Below are positions 32,190-33,878 of a DNA stretch of 33,878 nt, in pieces (position 1 is the first letter of the stretch; each line of letters starts with the position of its first letter). Source of the stretch: a virus (Duplodnaviria > Caudoviricetes); the IMG/VR virus record IMGVR_UViG_3300037851_000846, positions 1 to 33,878 of that record; one strand, 5' to 3'. The notes under the pieces were generated by a model that saw only the letters and a program-made list of their open reading frames with translations, did no database searches and was not told the origin of the DNA. Position numbers and translations under genes: made by a program.

Positions 32190-33878
32190 ATGAATTTACT
32201 ACAGGCACGATTGGGGCTGTTGGCCCCCACCACCACGCCGCTCTGGACGGGCACGGCCAATGCCGCGCAATCCACGACGTTCACGTTGGCCGTGACCACC
32301 GTTTCCGGCGCGCTGCCTACCGCTACGAGCGGCCTCTTGTTGGTGCGCGCCGGCGTTGACCTGGTGCGGATCAAGACCCACAGCGGCAGCACCCTCTACC
32401 TGGCGGAAAATCCGGCCACCTTCACGGCGGGGGACGCGCTGGCGGTGTACGATCTGCGCCTGCCATGGCCGCGTTATCAACGGTTGGTCAGCACGACGGT
32501 GTACAAGGATTACGACATCCCCTTTCCCGCCACCTGGCAGCAGAGCCTCCCTCCGGCCGCGCTGGTGACGCCGGAGGTGGCCTGGCTGGACGTGGGCGAT
32601 ACGCAGGTCTTCGACGCCTCCACCTCGCAGGTGCTGGCCCCCGACCCGGCAGCCGGCCTCACGGCCACGTGGGATTGCACCGGCTGGGGGACGGGGACGG
32701 CCTACGGCAGCGCGGGCGGCGTGACGAATTGCTATTTCCCCCTGACACCCACGGCGACTGGCCTGCATTACCTGAAATGCACCCTCACCGACGAGTGGGG
32801 CGGCGCGTATAGTCGGCAGGTGGCGGTGTGGGTGGGAACGACGCCCACCGCCGTGCTAGAGGCGTCGCTGGAGTGGTCATTGGAGCGCGGCTGGCGCGGC
32901 AGCGTGACGCTGGACGGGACGCCGGCCTGGTTCGATTATAGCCCGGTGGCGCTGGTAGACCTGGACACGCGGGAGGTGCTCTTTTATGGCTTCTATCGCG
33001 CGCAGCGCGTGAGTGGCGACCTGGGGCTGGCGACCGAGACGGCGGAGTTACTCTCCCCTCTCAATGCCGCCGCCGCGTTGTATGGTTACCCCTTCATCGT
33101 CACCGACCTGGCCGATCCGGGCAGCACGCCGCCGGACAATTGGGCCGAGGTGGGTAAGTTGACCTGCGCGCGCGCGTTGTGGTATCTGCTGGTGTGGCAC
33201 AGTGTCCTGCCGCAATTGGCGAATCTCGACCTGGGCGACCCGACCGCGCGGCGCATCGCCGGGCAGACCTTCAGCGCGGGCAACTTACTCAATCTCATTG
33301 ACCAGGTGACGCAGGCCGCGTTTTATGGCCTGCGCGCGGCGGCGACGGGCGCGCTGGCCCTGGAAGTGCAGCCCCTCTATGCCGCTGCCACGACATGGGC
33401 GGCGTTGTCTACCTATACCCTGGCCGCTGCCAGTCGCGCGGCGGCGTATACGTACACGCCGCCGCAGGCGCGCTGCTCCGAGGTGCGCGTCAGCGGCGTG
33501 TATCTGGCGGTGGGCGACGATTACGCGCCAGCCATCGCCCGCTGTCCGGCGCATCCGGCGGCGTGGGGTGCGGGGACTAACGAGGTGACCAAACTCGCGC
33601 CGTTATCCGCTGCCGAATTGCTGCAATGGGCCGGGCGGCACTTCGCGGTGGAGAACCAGGCGGCGACGGTGGATGTGGCGTTGTTCGCGGCCATCAATCC
33701 GGCCATGTATGCGCGGGTGGCGACCGACATTCCGGGCGGGGCGACGCTGGCCCTGGACAGTCTGCGCTATGGGTACGACGCGGCAGCGCTGGCGTGGGCG
33801 GGGCAATTGAGCGGGCGGACGTATGACGCCGCGCCCACAGCGGATTATGTGCCCGTGCCGCAGCCGGTGGTGATTTCC
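32190..33878 (+). CDS. Tail tip/hub protein with PKD/Ig-like domain, truncated by window edge
   Basis: Not in ORF track (no stop). GAGGA SD, ATG 32190, MNLLQARLGLLAP..., open to the end; FDASTS...TWD...GLHYLKCTLTD. Confidence 0.8.
   Translation, partial: MNLLQARLGLLAPTTTPLWTGTANAAQSTTFTLAVTTVSGALPTATSGLLLVRAGVDLVRIKTHSGSTLYLAENPATFTAGDALAVYDLRLPWPRYQRLVSTTVYKDYDIPFPATWQQSLPPAALVTPEVAWLDVGDTQVFDASTSQVLAPDPAAGLTATWDCTGWGTGTAYGSAGGVTNCYFPLTPTATGLHYLKCTLTDEWGGAYSRQVAVWVGTTPTAVLEASLEWSLERGWRGSVTLDGTPAWFDYSPVALVDLDTREVLFYGFYRAQRVSGDLGLATETAELLSPLNAAAALYGYPFIVTDLADPGSTPPDNWAEVGKLTCARALWYLLVWHSVLPQLANLDLGDPTARRIAGQTFSAGNLLNLIDQVTQAAFYGLRAAATGALALEVQPLYAAATTWAALSTYTLAAASRAAAYTYTPPQARCSEVRVSGVYLAVGDDYAPAIARCPAHPAAWGAGTNEVTKLAPLSAAELLQWAGRHFAVENQAATVDVALFAAINPAMYARVATDIPGGATLALDSLRYGYDAAALAWAGQLSGRTYDAAPTADYVPVPQPVVIS

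Noticed and set aside
24907-33878. Diversity-generating retroelement or invertible tail-fibre cassette
   Set aside because: No reverse transcriptase, TR/VR pair or invertase seen in the window.

Overview
The window is a contiguous segment of a temperate, long-tailed (siphovirus-like, HK97-fold) phage or prophage. The host is probably a high-GC Chloroflexota member, inferred only from the GAAC-N4-GTTC LexA-type boxes and the style of short repeats. Layout: (1) 1-3500, a mostly AT-richer accessory region with two paralogous excisionase-type HTH genes, DUF2513, a SOS-boxed mini-gene resembling a terminase nuclease fragment and three paralogous small membrane proteins. (2) A large serine integrase and a DUF3467/unknown/RelE three-gene cassette. 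(3) A rightward early operon with a Sak4-like ATPase and a PRTRC-type ubiquitin-like module (ParB, Ubl, F-like, E2, JAB, E1/ThiF). (4) An iteron-like repeat block and a leaderless DUF2292/YezD-like gene with terminators. (5) The virion module from TerS to a tail-tip gene that runs off the right edge. Main highlights: a phage-borne ubiquitin-like conjugation module whose ParB carries Noc-type specificity residues, matched by four identical Noc-site-like palindromes at control points; a Ubl encoded as a C-terminally extended precursor; two predicted +1 frameshifts (portal to MuF, and tail chaperone); and a MuF toxin-like extension with an antisense candidate immunity gene. No CI-like repressor, replication initiator, endolysin, CRISPR array, tRNA or reverse transcriptase was recognised. 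All family calls come from reading motifs by eye, not from database searches.
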